From Candidatus Calescamantes bacterium (GTDB lineage Bacteria; CAIJMQ01; JAADFP01), in contig JAGGYA010000016.1 of assembly GCA_021162785.1 (NCBI GenBank), positions 1,533 to 65,532 on the forward strand: DNA of 64,000 nucleotides, read 5' to 3'. Shown here piece after piece: positions 36,842 through 47,516 of the stretch (positions are counted from its first letter, which is position 1; each line of letters opens with the position of its first letter). The notes beneath the pieces are model-generated. The model was not told where the DNA came from and did no database searches. It saw only the letters and a program-made list of their open reading frames with translations. A program made the position numbers and the translations under genes.

Positions 36842-39800
36842 ATGAGAGAGCATGGTATTTTATCTATTGATGTTCTTTATAAGTACTTCTCTATAATAGA
36901 GAGTCTGGTTCCCTACTTAGAAAGAAAAGAAAGGATATGGATAAGAGGAATTGGTGGCACACCTTTATCTCTCTTAATCGCTTTATTGAGAAAATATATC
37001 AAAAAAAATATTCTGATACTTGCAGAAAAGGAAGAAAGTGAGGTAATTTATTTTAATCTCAAGGAGATACTGGGGAACCAGGTTATCCATTTACCAGTTT
37101 TAAAAGAAAAAAGGGAGAAAGTAATCTTTCTACATCACTTTTTAACTAAAATACCAGGCATCTTGGTTACAGAACATGAGATTTTAAACGAACCTCTACC
37201 TTCCAAAGAGAAACTCATCAGTAATTTTTTAGCAATTAAAGTGGGTAACATCATGAAGAGGGAGTATTTAGTTAAATGGTTATCTGACAATGAATACATT
37301 CGTTCAGAAAGAGTAGAATTCCCTGGAGAATGGAGTGTTCGGGGTAGTATTATCGATATTTATGTTCCTGAGGAAGAGTATGCCTATAGGATTGAACTGG
37401 AAGAAGAAAGAGTCATCTCTATCCGCGCTTTCCATCCAGAAAACCAAAGATCTGTTTACCATCTTGAAGAAATAACCATTCCTCCCTTGGGAGGATGGGA
37501 AGATAAAGAAACTAATATTCTAAGCTTTCTCTCCTCCGGTGATTTGGTTATTCTTCAGGAAGTTAAGAATTTAAAAGAAAGATGCAAGGAGAGCAAGATA
37601 GTAAGCTGGTCTTCCTTTTTAAAATATTTAAGTGAATTAAAAACAATTTTTACATCCTGGTTACCTATCCCTCCTCCTCTTATCATACATAGAGAAATTT
37701 CCCTTCCTTTTCAATCCTTGAAAGGTTTCACCTATTCCTTCCATACCCTCTTTTCTGCGTTGAGGAGATGGGAAAAGGAAGATTACACCATTTATCTGGC
37801 TGGTTTTGAAGAAAGCGAAAGAGAAAAGTTTAAAAACATCTTAATGGAAAGGAACATCAGGAACTTTAAGTTTATAAAAGAAAGGCTTAATGAAGGGTTT
37901 ATCTCGGATGCTTTTAAATTCGTCATTCTTACACCCCATGAAATTCGTGGATATCAACCTTTACAAAAACATCCTCCCCGGGGGTTTCCTCTCACTCACC
38001 CTTTTGACTTGGAGATAGGAGACTATGTTGTCCATGTGATTCACGGTATAGGAAAATACTTAGGATTAAGGAAAGAAAAAAATAAAGAATTTTTGGTAGT
38101 GGAGTACGAAGAGGGTGATTTACTTTATGTGCCAGTAGAAGGGATTCATCTCTTAGAGAAGTATGTAGGTATTAGCGATATTCCTCCAAAATTGAGCAAA
38201 CTGGGGAGTCCTCGTTGGAGAAAAACCAAAGAAAGAGTAGCCCGGGCTGTGAAAGATTTGGCCAGTGAACTACTCCATCTTCACGCTTGGCGACTCTCCA
38301 AACCAGGTTTTGCCTTTTCACCTGATTCTCAATGGCAGAAAGAGTTTGAAGCTACATTCCCTTATAAAATTACACCTGACCAGGAAAAAAGCATTGAGGA
38401 AGTGAAAAAAGATATGGAAAGTTCCCATCCTATGGACAGACTGATCTGCGGAGATACAGGTTTCGGTAAAACCGAGGTAGCCATGAGGGCTGCTTTCAAA
38501 GCGGTGATGGATGGGAAACAAGTGGCAGTTTTAGTTCCTACAACTCTCTTAGCTCATCAGCATTTTATGAATTTTAAAGAGCGAATGAAGGATTTCCCCA
38601 TCAAAATTGAAGTTCTTTCTCGTTTTGTCTCCAAAAAGGAACGGGAAAGAATCCTTGAAGAATTAAAAACTGGGAAGATAGATATCATTATAGGAACTCA
38701 CATTTTATTACAGGACAACATAATTTTTAAAGATTTAGGGTTGTTAATCATTGATGAGGAACAACGATTTGGAGTAAGACAGAAGGAGAAAATAAAATTC
38801 CTTAAAAAAGAGATCGATGTCTTAACACTTTCCGCTACACCTATCCCTCGCACTCTTTATCTTTCTCTTGTGGGCTTACGGGATATTTCACTGATTCAAA
38901 CTCCTCCTCCAGAAAGATTAGAAGTAGAAATCTTCATTACTGAATTCAATCTTTCTGTTATTAAAGAAGCTATAGAGAGAGAAATCAAAAGGAAGGGTCA
39001 GGTTTTCTTTGTTCACAATCGTATCCCGGATTTAGAAAAATTTGAGGTAATTATAAAAAAACTCGTTCCCCAAGCAAAAACTTGTATTATCCACGGGAAG
39101 TTACCTTCTAATAAAATAGAAAAAATTATGCTATATTTTATCCATAAAAAAATCGATGTTTTAATAACTACTACTATTATTGCTTCAGGATTGGACATCC
39201 CAAATGCAAATACCATAATAATAAATGAAGCCCATAGATTCGGGTTAGCTGATCTTTACCAATTAAGGGGAAGAGTAGGAAGATATAAATTAAAGGCCTA
39301 TGCTTATTTTCTCATACCCCCAAAAACTCTTCTCTCACCGCAGGCAAGAAAAAGACTTTATGCAATAGAAGACTTCTCCAAATTAGGGAAGGGGTATCAG
39401 TTGGCTTTGTCAGATTTAGAAATTCGGGGAGCAGGAAATATCTTAGGAGAAGAACAGCATGGACATATTCAGGCAGTAGGACTTTCGTTATACACAGAAC
39501 TGTTAGCAAAAGCTGTAGCAGAAATTAAGGGAGAAAAATATCTTCTTTATATACCCACCCAAATAGAAATTGGTATTCCAGCAACTCTGGATATTCCTTA
39601 CTTAGGGGAGAAAGAAAAACTTCACTATTATAAAAGGATCTCCATGATTACTCGGGAAGAAGAAATCAAAGAAATTGAAAAGGAATTAATTGATCGTTTT
39701 GGGCCACTTACTCCACAAACTTACAACCTCTTATTACTCCAGAAAGCAAAATTAGAAGCTTACAAAAGAGGGATTGAATATATTAAAAGAATTAAACAAA

Positions 39801-39979
39801 CACTTTACTTGAGATTCATTCCCTCTATCCAGCTTAAGAAAAGAGCAGAACTCCTCCATTCCCTTTTCCCTGGGAAAATATTTATTAATCCCCAAGGTGA
39901 AATTGGATACAAACTTACCCCACCCTTTTCTCTCCACCATCTCCTTGACTTACTCTTACACTTACCCCAAGTCCATTAA
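36842..39979 (+). CDS. mfd: Transcription-repair coupling factor
   Basis: UvrB-homology N-terminal region, a CarD-like RNAP-interacting domain ([14 protein letters not shown]), SF2 helicase motifs ([25 protein letters not shown]) and a TRG motif. 1045 aa. Confidence 0.95.
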   Translation: MREHGILSIDVLYKYFSIIESLVPYLERKERIWIRGIGGTPLSLLIALLRKYIKKNILILAEKEESEVIYFNLKEILGNQVIHLPVLKEKREKVIFLHHFLTKIPGILVTEHEILNEPLPSKEKLISNFLAIKVGNIMKREYLVKWLSDNEYIRSERVEFPGEWSVRGSIIDIYVPEEEYAYRIELEEERVISIRAFHPENQRSVYHLEEITIPPLGGWEDKETNILSFLSSGDLVILQEVKNLKERCKESKIVSWSSFLKYLSELKTIFTSWLPIPPPLIIHREISLPFQSLKGFTYSFHTLFSALRRWEKEDYTIYLAGFEESEREKFKNILMERNIRNFKFIKERLNEGFISDAFKFVILTPHEIRGYQPLQKHPPRGFPLTHPFDLEIGDYVVHVIHGIGKYLGLRKEKNKEFLVVEYEEGDLLYVPVEGIHLLEKYVGISDIPPKLSKLGSPRWRKTKERVARAVKDLASELLHLHAWRLSKPGFAFSPDSQWQKEFEATFPYKITPDQEKSIEEVKKDMESSHPMDRLICGDTGFGKTEVAMRAAFKAVMDGKQVAVLVPTTLLAHQHFMNFKERMKDFPIKIEVLSRFVSKKERERILEELKTGKIDIIIGTHILLQDNIIFKDLGLLIIDEEQRFGVRQKEKIKFLKKEIDVLTLSATPIPRTLYLSLVGLRDISLIQTPPPERLEVEIFITEFNLSVIKEAIEREIKRKGQVFFVHNRIPDLEKFEVIIKKLVPQAKTCIIHGKLPSNKIEKIMLYFIHKKIDVLITTTIIASGLDIPNANTIIINEAHRFGLADLYQLRGRVGRYKLKAYAYFLIPPKTLLSPQARKRLYAIEDFSKLGKGYQLALSDLEIRGAGNILGEEQHGHIQAVGLSLYTELLAKAVAEIKGEKYLLYIPTQIEIGIPATLDIPYLGEKEKLHYYKRISMITREEEIKEIEKELIDRFGPLTPQTYNLLLLQKAKLEAYKRGIEYIKRIKQTLYLRFIPSIQLKKRAELLHSLFPGKIFINPQGEIGYKLTPPFSLHHLLDLLLHLPQVH

Positions 39980-39987
39980 AAAGGGTC

Positions 39988-40338
39988 TTACCGTTCAATT
40001 CTGCTTCGGCGAGCCCTTTTCCACTCCTGATACTGAAATTTGACAAACTCTAAAATTTTTTCCAGATACTCGTGGGGGAGTTTCCTCAAATAACGCAATA
40101 TTCTCTGCTCCAGACTTTCTTCTAAGCTATACTTTCTTTCTTTTTCCGCCACTACTAAGTCTTTCACCTCTAAACCATAATATGAAGCCAGCTTCTTAAG
40201 GGTTTTAAAAGAAGGGATTTTAACACCGTTTTCGATTTGATTGAGGTAAGCAGGGGAGATCCCCACCTCTTTAGCCAGGGCTCTTAAGGTAAGACCTTTC
40301 CTCAGCCTTAAATCTTTCAAGATCTCATGGTATAGCAT
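39988..40338 (-). CDS. XRE-family helix-turn-helix transcriptional regulator
   Basis: LRKGLTLRALAKEVGISPAYLNQIENG is a canonical HTH_3 motif. 116 aa with a helical C-terminal half. Confidence 0.85.
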   Translation of the reverse strand: MLYHEILKDLRLRKGLTLRALAKEVGISPAYLNQIENGVKIPSFKTLKKLASYYGLEVKDLVVAEKERKYSLEESLEQRILRYLRKLPHEYLEKILEFVKFQYQEWKRARRSRIER

Positions 40339-40346
40339 GGTGAAAA

Positions 40347-40375
40347 ATCATAAAATAAAAAGATAAATTAATCAA
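40347..40375 (-). promoter_or_regulatory. Candidate promoter abutting the XRE start codon
   Basis: The minus strand reads TTGATT, a 17-nt spacer, TATGAT, then ttttcacc (8 nt) and ATG. There is no SD. Confidence 0.4.
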
Positions 40376-40490
40376 GCTACTTACCAATTTTGTTTGCTTT
40401 AAGAGATATTTTCTTATAAAAAAGTGTGTTTTCAAATGGAAATCATTATTAAAAAAGGTTATAATAGAATTTTATACGATTTTGTCATAC

Positions 40491-42110
40491 TTAGGGAGCG
40501 GGAAAAATTCCCTTATCCTTGATTTTCAATAAAATCTTCTTCATTATCTTGTATTTTTCTAAACCTGGATGGAGTTTTTCCTCTATATCCAATTCTTTTA
40601 TAGCCTTCTCAAATTCTCCCTTCATAAAATATACTCGGGCAAGATTGGCATGCACCTCAACATAATCACCGGCAAGGAAAATTAGTCTTTTGTAAATGTA
40701 TTCAGCTTTATCGTAGTTCTTCCTTAAAAACTCGATTTTTCCCAATTTATAAAGGATGGAAGGAGAGAAAGGATTAAGGGTAAGTGCTTTCTCCATGTAG
40801 AACTCTGCTTCTTCAATTTTACCCCTCTGACTCAATACCACACCTTTCTGTAAGTAATAATCTGCCCATGTCATCCTAAAATTTACTGCTGTTGAAAAAA
40901 TGAGGACCACACCAGAGGAAAGGAGAAATAAAACCTTACCCGACCGAGAGATAATTTTTTCTTTTAAAGAGATCACTTTCCCGCCAAAATAATAAAGAAG
41001 GAAAAGAAATAATGGATACCTAAGAGAAACAGAGAAAACTCCATGGAAGAGAAGCCCTGAAATTAAAGAAAATTTAAAAAACTCTTTCTTATCCCAGCAT
41101 TGCTTCAATATTAAAATCCAGAAAAGTAGGAATAAAATAAAACCCACTATTCCTTCTTCTACAAGTACTTGAAGATACTCATTGTGAGCTCGAGGTGCCA
41201 TCATCACATCAGAGGAAACAAATTTTTCCAGTTCTTTCTCCCTGTAGGAAGGAAAAACATAGGGAAAAGTATCTCTCCCCCATCCCAGAAGTGGTCTTGC
41301 CAGAAACATTTTCCATCCACTTTTCCAAACATAGAGACGAAAAGGGATGGTAAGTCGCTCCGGTCTGGTAAATTCCCGATAACGAAGGAGAAAGTTAATG
41401 AGGATGAGGGAAATAAGAAGAAAGGAAACCAAAATAAAAAGGTGTCTAATTATTCTCCTGATTCTTTCAGGTGAGAGGAAATAAAAATAGAGAGTATACA
41501 TAAGCACAAATGTGAGCCAACCACTTCTGGAACGAGAAAAAATTATTGCAAAAATGAGCAGGGGATAAAGGATGTAGAATAAGAATCTTATTCTTTTTTC
41601 TAAAAATGCTTTAACCAAGAAAAGTGAAGAGCTGCAAAGATAAAGGGCAAAAAGGTTCTTCTGACCCAAAGTGGAAGTAAATCTTGCTCCCCCTATACGG
41701 AGACCTGCTAATTGCAGGAAGAAAGTAATTATTACAGGAATAAGAGAATAAAGGTAGAATTTTTCTTCCTCTGCTTCCAATCCTTGAGAAGAGAGGAAGA
41801 ATAAAAGGAAAAAGAGAAAATAGAGTAAAGTGGCACCAGCAGTAAGATAAAAATAAGGGGAAAAGGAAAGGGTTAATAAAAGGAAAAATGAATGGAGAAA
41901 TAATAACCAGTAAAGGGGTGAAAACTTCAATTTTATTTTATCCTTAAAAAGGAGAAGGCAGTATTGAAAAAATGCTAAAGGTATGAATAAAAGGATCAAT
42001 GTATAAGATAAAGTTCCAGGATGATAGGTAAAAGGAGAGATAGCTAATGGGAGGAGGACAAAAAGGATGATTAAAGGAAAAGAGATTACTCTTTCCATCT
42101 CATCCACCAA
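40491..42110 (-). CDS. O-antigen ligase (Wzy_C)-like polytopic membrane protein with C-terminal TPR repeats
   Basis: About 10 TM segments, with a SRSGW...periplasmic loop...AHNEYLQVLVEEG pattern typical of the O-antigen ligase family. The C-terminal 130 aa or so have TPR-like A/Y/L periodicity. Confidence 0.7.
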   Translation of the reverse strand: MVDEMERVISFPLIILFVLLPLAISPFTYHPGTLSYTLILLFIPLAFFQYCLLLFKDKIKLKFSPLYWLLFLHSFFLLLTLSFSPYFYLTAGATLLYFLFFLLFFLSSQGLEAEEEKFYLYSLIPVIITFFLQLAGLRIGGARFTSTLGQKNLFALYLCSSSLFLVKAFLEKRIRFLFYILYPLLIFAIIFSRSRSGWLTFVLMYTLYFYFLSPERIRRIIRHLFILVSFLLISLILINFLLRYREFTRPERLTIPFRLYVWKSGWKMFLARPLLGWGRDTFPYVFPSYREKELEKFVSSDVMMAPRAHNEYLQVLVEEGIVGFILFLLFWILILKQCWDKKEFFKFSLISGLLFHGVFSVSLRYPLFLFLLYYFGGKVISLKEKIISRSGKVLFLLSSGVVLIFSTAVNFRMTWADYYLQKGVVLSQRGKIEEAEFYMEKALTLNPFSPSILYKLGKIEFLRKNYDKAEYIYKRLIFLAGDYVEVHANLARVYFMKGEFEKAIKELDIEEKLHPGLEKYKIMKKILLKIKDKGIFPAP

Positions 42111-42835
42111 ATAAAAGTTATACTTAAAAGTAAGGGAGTAAATGCCTGAAGTAGTGTCAATTCTCCCATAATTTTAATAGTATCCCCTCTTAAAAAATCG
42201 AGAAAACCACGGAAAAGTAGATAAATTAAGAGATAAAAGGGGAGAAGTCTCCATCTATGTTTTCTTTTATCCCTCATATTTTTAAGGAACAAGAAAAAGC
42301 AAAAATGGAAAAGTGAAGCATAGAGCTGAGTTGGATGGAGGGGGGAAAGACCATAATGATGACCAGCAGGTGAATTCAATTGAAAAACCATTCCCCAAGG
42401 AAGAGAAGTAGGTTTACCATAACAACATCCATTTAAAAAACATCCTATCCTCCCCAAAGCCTGCCCCAAGGGAATATAGGGAGTGAGAAAATAGGAAACC
42501 CGGGGAAGTGGGTAACCTTTCTTACGGATATACCAGGCTCCTAAAAAATATGCGAAAAAGAAACCTCCAAAATAAGCAAATCCACCTCTCCAGTAGTTGA
42601 TTTCATGAATATGGGAAAGGACCGTAGGTAAATGGAGTAAAATGAAAAGTATTTTACCACCTATAACTCCTCCAAATAGAATTACCAGCCACAAATGGGA
42701 AAGGAATTCTTCGCTTATCCCCCATTGGGGAGCTTCTTTCCTCGCCAAAAGGTAAGGTAAAAGGAATGCAAGAAAAATAAAAAGACCATAAGTATAGAGA
42801 GCTATAGGTCCCAGTTTAATTAGAACTGGGTGCAT
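42086..42835 (-). CDS. lgt: Prolipoprotein diacylglyceryl transferase
   Basis: Contains YG.....F, GRIGCFLNGCCYGKPT and HPTQLY motifs. Confidence 0.92.
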   Translation of the reverse strand: MHPVLIKLGPIALYTYGLFIFLAFLLPYLLARKEAPQWGISEEFLSHLWLVILFGGVIGGKILFILLHLPTVLSHIHEINYWRGGFAYFGGFFFAYFLGAWYIRKKGYPLPRVSYFLTPYIPLGQALGRIGCFLNGCCYGKPTSLPWGMVFQLNSPAGHHYGLSPLHPTQLYASLFHFCFFLFLKNMRDKRKHRWRLLPFYLLIYLLFRGFLDFLRGDTIKIMGELTLLQAFTPLLLSITFIWWMRWKE

Positions 42836-43295
42836 GGGAAATCCCTTCTTTTAATAGATACCAGCAGGTTCCCGTCAAAATCAACACATCAGCCAGGTTA
42901 AATGTCCAGGGGAATCCTCGAAGTCTTAAATAATCAACTACTCCTTTATAGGTTAGTCTGTCCACCAGATTTGATATTGCACCAAAAAATACTAAAAGTA
43001 AGGGTGAGGATTTTAAAAAGGAACGCCGGAAGGAAAGAAATAAAAAAATCAAAGCTAATAAGGAAAGGATTAAGGAAAGGGACCCTCTCTGATTTAAGAA
43101 TCCAAAAGCTATACCCGGATTTAACTGGGGTGGTTCTAAGGTTAAAAAATCAGGGATTAAATTTACTCTGCTTTCCAGATTCTTAGAGACGAATTTTAAA
43201 AGTTGATCCGTGAGAAATAGAAGGGAAGGAACTAAAAATTTCTTATACCTCTCCCTTCTCTTCTTTTTCCTGACATTCTCTACATTTAGTTGCAT
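42816..43295 (-). CDS. lspA: Lipoprotein signal peptidase (SPase II)
   Basis: Contains NPGIAFG and FNLADVLI (the catalytic Asp boxes) and four TM segments. The true start may lie downstream, because the ORF overlaps the dksA-like gene by 53 nt. Confidence 0.85.
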   Translation of the reverse strand: MQLNVENVRKKKRRERYKKFLVPSLLFLTDQLLKFVSKNLESRVNLIPDFLTLEPPQLNPGIAFGFLNQRGSLSLILSLLALIFLFLSFRRSFLKSSPLLLVFFGAISNLVDRLTYKGVVDYLRLRGFPWTFNLADVLILTGTCWYLLKEGISHAPSSN

Positions 43296-43623
43296 AGGGG
43301 ATAGCTATAAGTCTTTCCAATGGGATTTCCTTTCCGCAATTCTCGCATATTCCATATTCTCCCTTTTCCATCCTCTTCAAAGCTTTTTCAATTTCTTCTA
43401 TTATTTTTTCTTCGGTTTCTAAGACATCGAATTCTTTATCCCTTTCTGAGGCATCGCTCCCTAAGTCCGCAAAATGAATGGAATAGGAAGAAAGTTCTCC
43501 TGAAGCTTCCTTTAGACTCTTCTCCATAGTATCCTTTTCCAATTCTCTCAATTCTTTGCTTATGTTTTCTTTCATTTTTAAGAGTTTTGCCTTCAATTCC
43601 TCAAGAATTTTCCTATCCAGCAT
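43243..43623 (-). CDS. DksA/TraR-family C4 zinc-finger protein
   Basis: A coiled-coil N-terminus, then CENCGKEIPLERL...CRECQ. Confidence 0.85.
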   Translation of the reverse strand: MLDRKILEELKAKLLKMKENISKELRELEKDTMEKSLKEASGELSSYSIHFADLGSDASERDKEFDVLETEEKIIEEIEKALKRMEKGEYGICENCGKEIPLERLIAIPYATKCRECQEKEEKGEV

Positions 43624-46357
43624 ATCCCGCCTCCTTCATAAAGCCTACGCATCTCTTACAGAGCTCTGGAAACTGGGTGTTCTTCCCAACCTCTTCACTC
43701 CACATCCAACATCTGGCACATTTCTTTCCTTTTGCTTTCTCTACTTTAATCTCCCACTCTTCAGAAGGATAAATCTTTAACTGAGATACAATAAATATCA
43801 TGGGAAGGTCCTTCTCTACTTCCTTTATTGTAGAATAAATTTCTGGAGGTATCCCCAGTTCTACTCTTGCTTCCAGAGAACTTCCAATTATTTTCTTCTT
43901 TCTAATTTCTTCCAGTTTCTCATAAACTCTACTCCTTACCTCCCAGATTTTTTCCCATTTTTCATCTAATTCCTCATCAAAATCCTCCTCTTCTGGAAAA
44001 GAGGAAAGGAAAACACTTTCCTCCTTTTCAGAAAGGTATTTCCAAATTTCTTCTGCAGTAAAAGAAAGAATGGGGGCCATCAATTTCACATAGTCTCTCA
44101 AAATGTAGTAAAGAACCGTCTGAGCAGCGCGTCTTGCAGGAGAGGAAGAAGGAAAAACATAAAGCCGATCCTTTAAAATATCCAAATAAAGGGAACTTAA
44201 ATCCTTCACTGCAAATTGGTAAATCTCCTGATATACTCTAAGGAACTGATACTTCTTGTAAAAATTCTTCACCATTTTTATCAATTTCTGGAGTCTGTTA
44301 TATATCCATTTGTCTATTTCCCACCATTCCGTGGAGGGTAAAGAATATTTTTGTGGATCAAAGTCATAAAGATTTCCCAGTATAAACCGGCAGGTATTTC
44401 TTATCTTCCGGTAAGCATCTATGTTTCCTTTCAAAATCTCCTCCGAAACCCTCATATCCCGGGAGTAATCAGTTGAAGCAACCCATAACCTTAGAATCTC
44501 TGCCCCAAACTTCTTTACCATCTCCTGGGGATCTATAACATTCCCCATGGATTTGGACATCTTTCTCCCTTCACTATCCACAACAAATCCATGAGTAAGA
44601 ACTTCTCGATAAGGTGGTTTTCCCTCCATCCCCATGGAAATTATCAGAGAAGTTTGGAACCATCCTCTATGCTGGTCGCTTCCTTCCAGATACATATCCG
44701 CTGGCCATCGGAGACCTTCTCTTGTTTTCAACACCGCCAGATGGCTCACACCTGAATCCATCCATACATCCAGAATATCCATTTCCTTCCGAAATTCTTT
44801 ACTGCCACAATCTGGACAGGAAAAATCATCCGGTAAAAGTTCTTTTTCATCTTTTTCAAACCATACATCAGCACCGTGTTGCCTTACCAGTTCCAGTGCT
44901 TTCTTAAGAAAGGCTGAACCACTTATTATTCTTCCACAGGAAGAACAATAGATCACAGGAACCGGAACTCCCCATATTCTCTGCCTGGAAAGACACCAGT
45001 CAGGCCGAACTTCCAGCATTCCCCTCATCCGATTTTGAGATACAGTAGGAAACCACTTTATCTCACAAAGGACATCCAGTGCTTTTTTTCTTAAAAGGTT
45101 CTTATCTACATTTAAAAACCATTGTGTAGTAGCCCGGAAAATTATAGGGTTTTTACACCGCCAGCAATGGGGATAGGAATGAAGAATCCTCCCTTCCTTT
45201 ACCAATAAACCTTTTTCTTTAAGATCCTTGATGATCAATGGATTTGCCTCATCAACCCTCAGCCCCTGGTATTTACCCCCCTCAGAAGTAAAATATCCTT
45301 TATTATCTACTGGAGAGAAGGGAGGAAGCCCATATTCTTTACCCGTTAAATAATCCTCTTCCCCATGTCCAGGAGCTATATGCACGCATCCAGAACCCTC
45401 TTCCATGGAAACATAATCAGCCAGAAGTATCCTCCCTTGTTTCTCTGGAAAGATTGGATGAGAGTATCTCCCTCCTTCCAACTCAACACCCTTCATTCTT
45501 CGTAAGATTTTTTTAAATTTCACCCCAGTTTCTTTCTCCACCCGTTCTACTGCCTTTTCTCCTAAGAACCAAACTTCATCACCTGTGTCTCCCCATACAT
45601 AAATTTCATCTGGATGAAGGGCTACCCCAAGATTCCCTGGGAGTGTCCAGGGAGTGGTGGTCCAGATGAGAATAAAAGCAGGCGAGTTCACTTTCTTCTC
45701 AGGAAGTATTAAGGGGAATTTCACCCAGATAGAGGGGGATTCTTTCTCCAAGTATTCCACCTCTGCTTCTGCAAGGGCTGTTTCACAATCTATACACCAG
45801 TATACAGGTTTTTCTGCCCTATAAATAAAACCTTTATCGTAGAGATTTAGGAAAACTTCCATAATTTTGGCTTGGTATTGAGGATCCATCGTTAGATAGG
45901 GATTCTTCCAATCAGCAAATACCTCAAGTCTTCGAAACTCTTCTCTCTGTCGATTTACATAGAACATCGCATAGTTTCTTGCTTCTTTTCTAAAGGTATG
46001 TATATCCACTTCTTCTTTCTTCCTCTTTCCCAGTTTTTTAAGGAGTTGCAATTCCACAGGTAAACCATGGCAATCCCAACCTGGAACAAAGGGAGTAGCA
46101 TAACCTGAAAGAGCTTTACTTTTGAGCACAATATCTTTAAGTATTTTATTGTATGCTTGCCCCATATGTATATCTCCATTGGCGTAAGGGGGGCCATCAT
46201 GAAGAATAAAAGTCTTTTTCTTTCCTTCAAGCATCCGATGGTATATTCTTTTATCTTCCCACCATTTTATTATTTCAGGCTCCCTCTCCGGCAGATTAGC
46301 TTTCATGGGGAAGTCAGTTCGAGGAAGGTTTAAGGTCTGGGAATAATCCCTATCCAT
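43613..46357 (-). CDS. ileS: Isoleucyl-tRNA synthetase
   Basis: HMGQ (HIGH-type) and KMSKS motifs, the CP1 editing domain and a C-terminal zinc-binding CxxC pair. 914 aa. Confidence 0.96.
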   Translation of the reverse strand: MDRDYSQTLNLPRTDFPMKANLPEREPEIIKWWEDKRIYHRMLEGKKKTFILHDGPPYANGDIHMGQAYNKILKDIVLKSKALSGYATPFVPGWDCHGLPVELQLLKKLGKRKKEEVDIHTFRKEARNYAMFYVNRQREEFRRLEVFADWKNPYLTMDPQYQAKIMEVFLNLYDKGFIYRAEKPVYWCIDCETALAEAEVEYLEKESPSIWVKFPLILPEKKVNSPAFILIWTTTPWTLPGNLGVALHPDEIYVWGDTGDEVWFLGEKAVERVEKETGVKFKKILRRMKGVELEGGRYSHPIFPEKQGRILLADYVSMEEGSGCVHIAPGHGEEDYLTGKEYGLPPFSPVDNKGYFTSEGGKYQGLRVDEANPLIIKDLKEKGLLVKEGRILHSYPHCWRCKNPIIFRATTQWFLNVDKNLLRKKALDVLCEIKWFPTVSQNRMRGMLEVRPDWCLSRQRIWGVPVPVIYCSSCGRIISGSAFLKKALELVRQHGADVWFEKDEKELLPDDFSCPDCGSKEFRKEMDILDVWMDSGVSHLAVLKTREGLRWPADMYLEGSDQHRGWFQTSLIISMGMEGKPPYREVLTHGFVVDSEGRKMSKSMGNVIDPQEMVKKFGAEILRLWVASTDYSRDMRVSEEILKGNIDAYRKIRNTCRFILGNLYDFDPQKYSLPSTEWWEIDKWIYNRLQKLIKMVKNFYKKYQFLRVYQEIYQFAVKDLSSLYLDILKDRLYVFPSSSPARRAAQTVLYYILRDYVKLMAPILSFTAEEIWKYLSEKEESVFLSSFPEEEDFDEELDEKWEKIWEVRSRVYEKLEEIRKKKIIGSSLEARVELGIPPEIYSTIKEVEKDLPMIFIVSQLKIYPSEEWEIKVEKAKGKKCARCWMWSEEVGKNTQFPELCKRCVGFMKEAGYAG

Positions 46358-46652
46358 GCTTTAACCTCCATCCTAAATCAATCAGCGATTGAACCAAAAA
46401 AAGCTTTACAAACATAAGAAGAATTATAGCTATAAAGGGAGTAAAATCTAATCCACCCAAAGGCGGTATTTTTCTCCTAAGAGGCTCCAGTATGGGATCT
46501 GTGCTTCTTCTCAGAAACACTACTATAGGATTAAAAGGGTCAGGATTTACCCAGGAAATCAATGCACGAATAACAATAAGCCAAATATAGATAGTAATAA
46601 CCATCCCTAAAACTTTTCCTAAAGCCATAAGAAAATTCCCCAAAATAAACAT
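46350..46652 (-). CDS. YggT-family membrane protein
   Basis: 100 aa with two TM segments and the (I/L).R...SW....P.NP motif. Confidence 0.85.
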   Translation of the reverse strand: MFILGNFLMALGKVLGMVITIYIWLIVIRALISWVNPDPFNPIVVFLRRSTDPILEPLRRKIPPLGGLDFTPFIAIILLMFVKLFLVQSLIDLGWRLKHG

Positions 46653-46700
46653 CGCGGTAATTTTAACATACCAGTGAAAAAACTGGTAGAAGAAATCCCT

Positions 46701-47516
46701 TTATGATTCTAAAAGTTGAGAGAGTTCCCGGGCTCTTACCATTGCTTCCTTAATTCCTTCCATTATTATTTTCTTTAAATTCTTTTTTTCAAAGTAACTT
46801 ATGGCCTTTTCAGTTGTGCCTCCAGGAGAAGTCACTCTTAACCTCCATTTCATCGGATCTTCTTCTTTCTTTAAAAGTTCAATAGACCCTTCCAGAAGCT
46901 GTCTGGAGAGAGCCCGGGCCACATCGGATGGAAAGCCAAGGCTTCGAGCACTCTCCTCTAAAGCTTCTAAAAAATAAAATACATATGCTGGCCCCGAGCC
47001 TGAAAAAGCAGTAATGCCATCCATTAAATCTTCCCCTATCTCCAGCACCCTCCCCAGGGAAGAAAAGATTGTCTTTACTTTTTCCAACTCCTCCCTTTTT
47101 ACCTCAGGAGAAGGGGAGATAGCAGTAATTCCTTTTTTCACCTTTATGCAAAGATTGGGCATAACTCGAACAATTTTCAGATGGGGACCAAGTAAATTTT
47201 TGAAAAAGGATATCTTTAACCCAGCTGCTATGCTCACAAACAATTTCTCTTTCCAAGAAGTATCTTTAAATTCAAGAACTACCTTTCTCATATCCTGAGG
47301 TTTAACTGCAAGGAGAATGAGAGTGGATACTGAGACCACTTCTTTATTACTTTTTGTCACTCCCACTCCATATTCCTCTTTTAAGTAATTTAGTCTTTCT
47401 TCTTTAATATCACTCACAAGTATTTCCTCAGGTTTCATTATTCCTTTCTCAATTACTCCAGCAATTATTGCCTCACCCATATTTCCTCCTCCTATAATTC
47501 CCATCATTTCCTTCAC
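46701..47516 (-). CDS. proC: Pyrroline-5-carboxylate reductase
   Basis: Contains IGGGNMGEAI and VKPQ, plus the C-terminal SPGGTT motif. Confidence 0.93.
   Translation of the reverse strand: MKEMMGIIGGGNMGEAIIAGVIEKGIMKPEEILVSDIKEERLNYLKEEYGVGVTKSNKEVVSVSTLILLAVKPQDMRKVVLEFKDTSWKEKLFVSIAAGLKISFFKNLLGPHLKIVRVMPNLCIKVKKGITAISPSPEVKREELEKVKTIFSSLGRVLEIGEDLMDGITAFSGSGPAYVFYFLEALEESARSLGFPSDVARALSRQLLEGSIELLKKEEDPMKWRLRVTSPGGTTEKAISYFEKKNLKKIIMEGIKEAMVRARELSQLLES

Noticed and set aside
39988-40522. The XRE regulator as the antitoxin of a toxin-antitoxin pair or a prophage remnant. This includes a 28-codon plus-strand ORF at 40436-40522.
   Set aside because: No partner ORF of plausible size lies on either side. 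The 28-codon ORF has no SD, overlaps the end of the O-antigen-ligase-like gene and has no recognisable features. No phage genes are nearby.
46669-46688. A small hairpin TACCAGT-gaaaaa-ACTGGTA between proC and yggT, as a possible terminator.
   Set aside because: On the transcribed (minus) strand the 7-bp stem is not followed by a U-run. It sits 16 nt upstream of the yggT start, so at most it is a minor mRNA structure.
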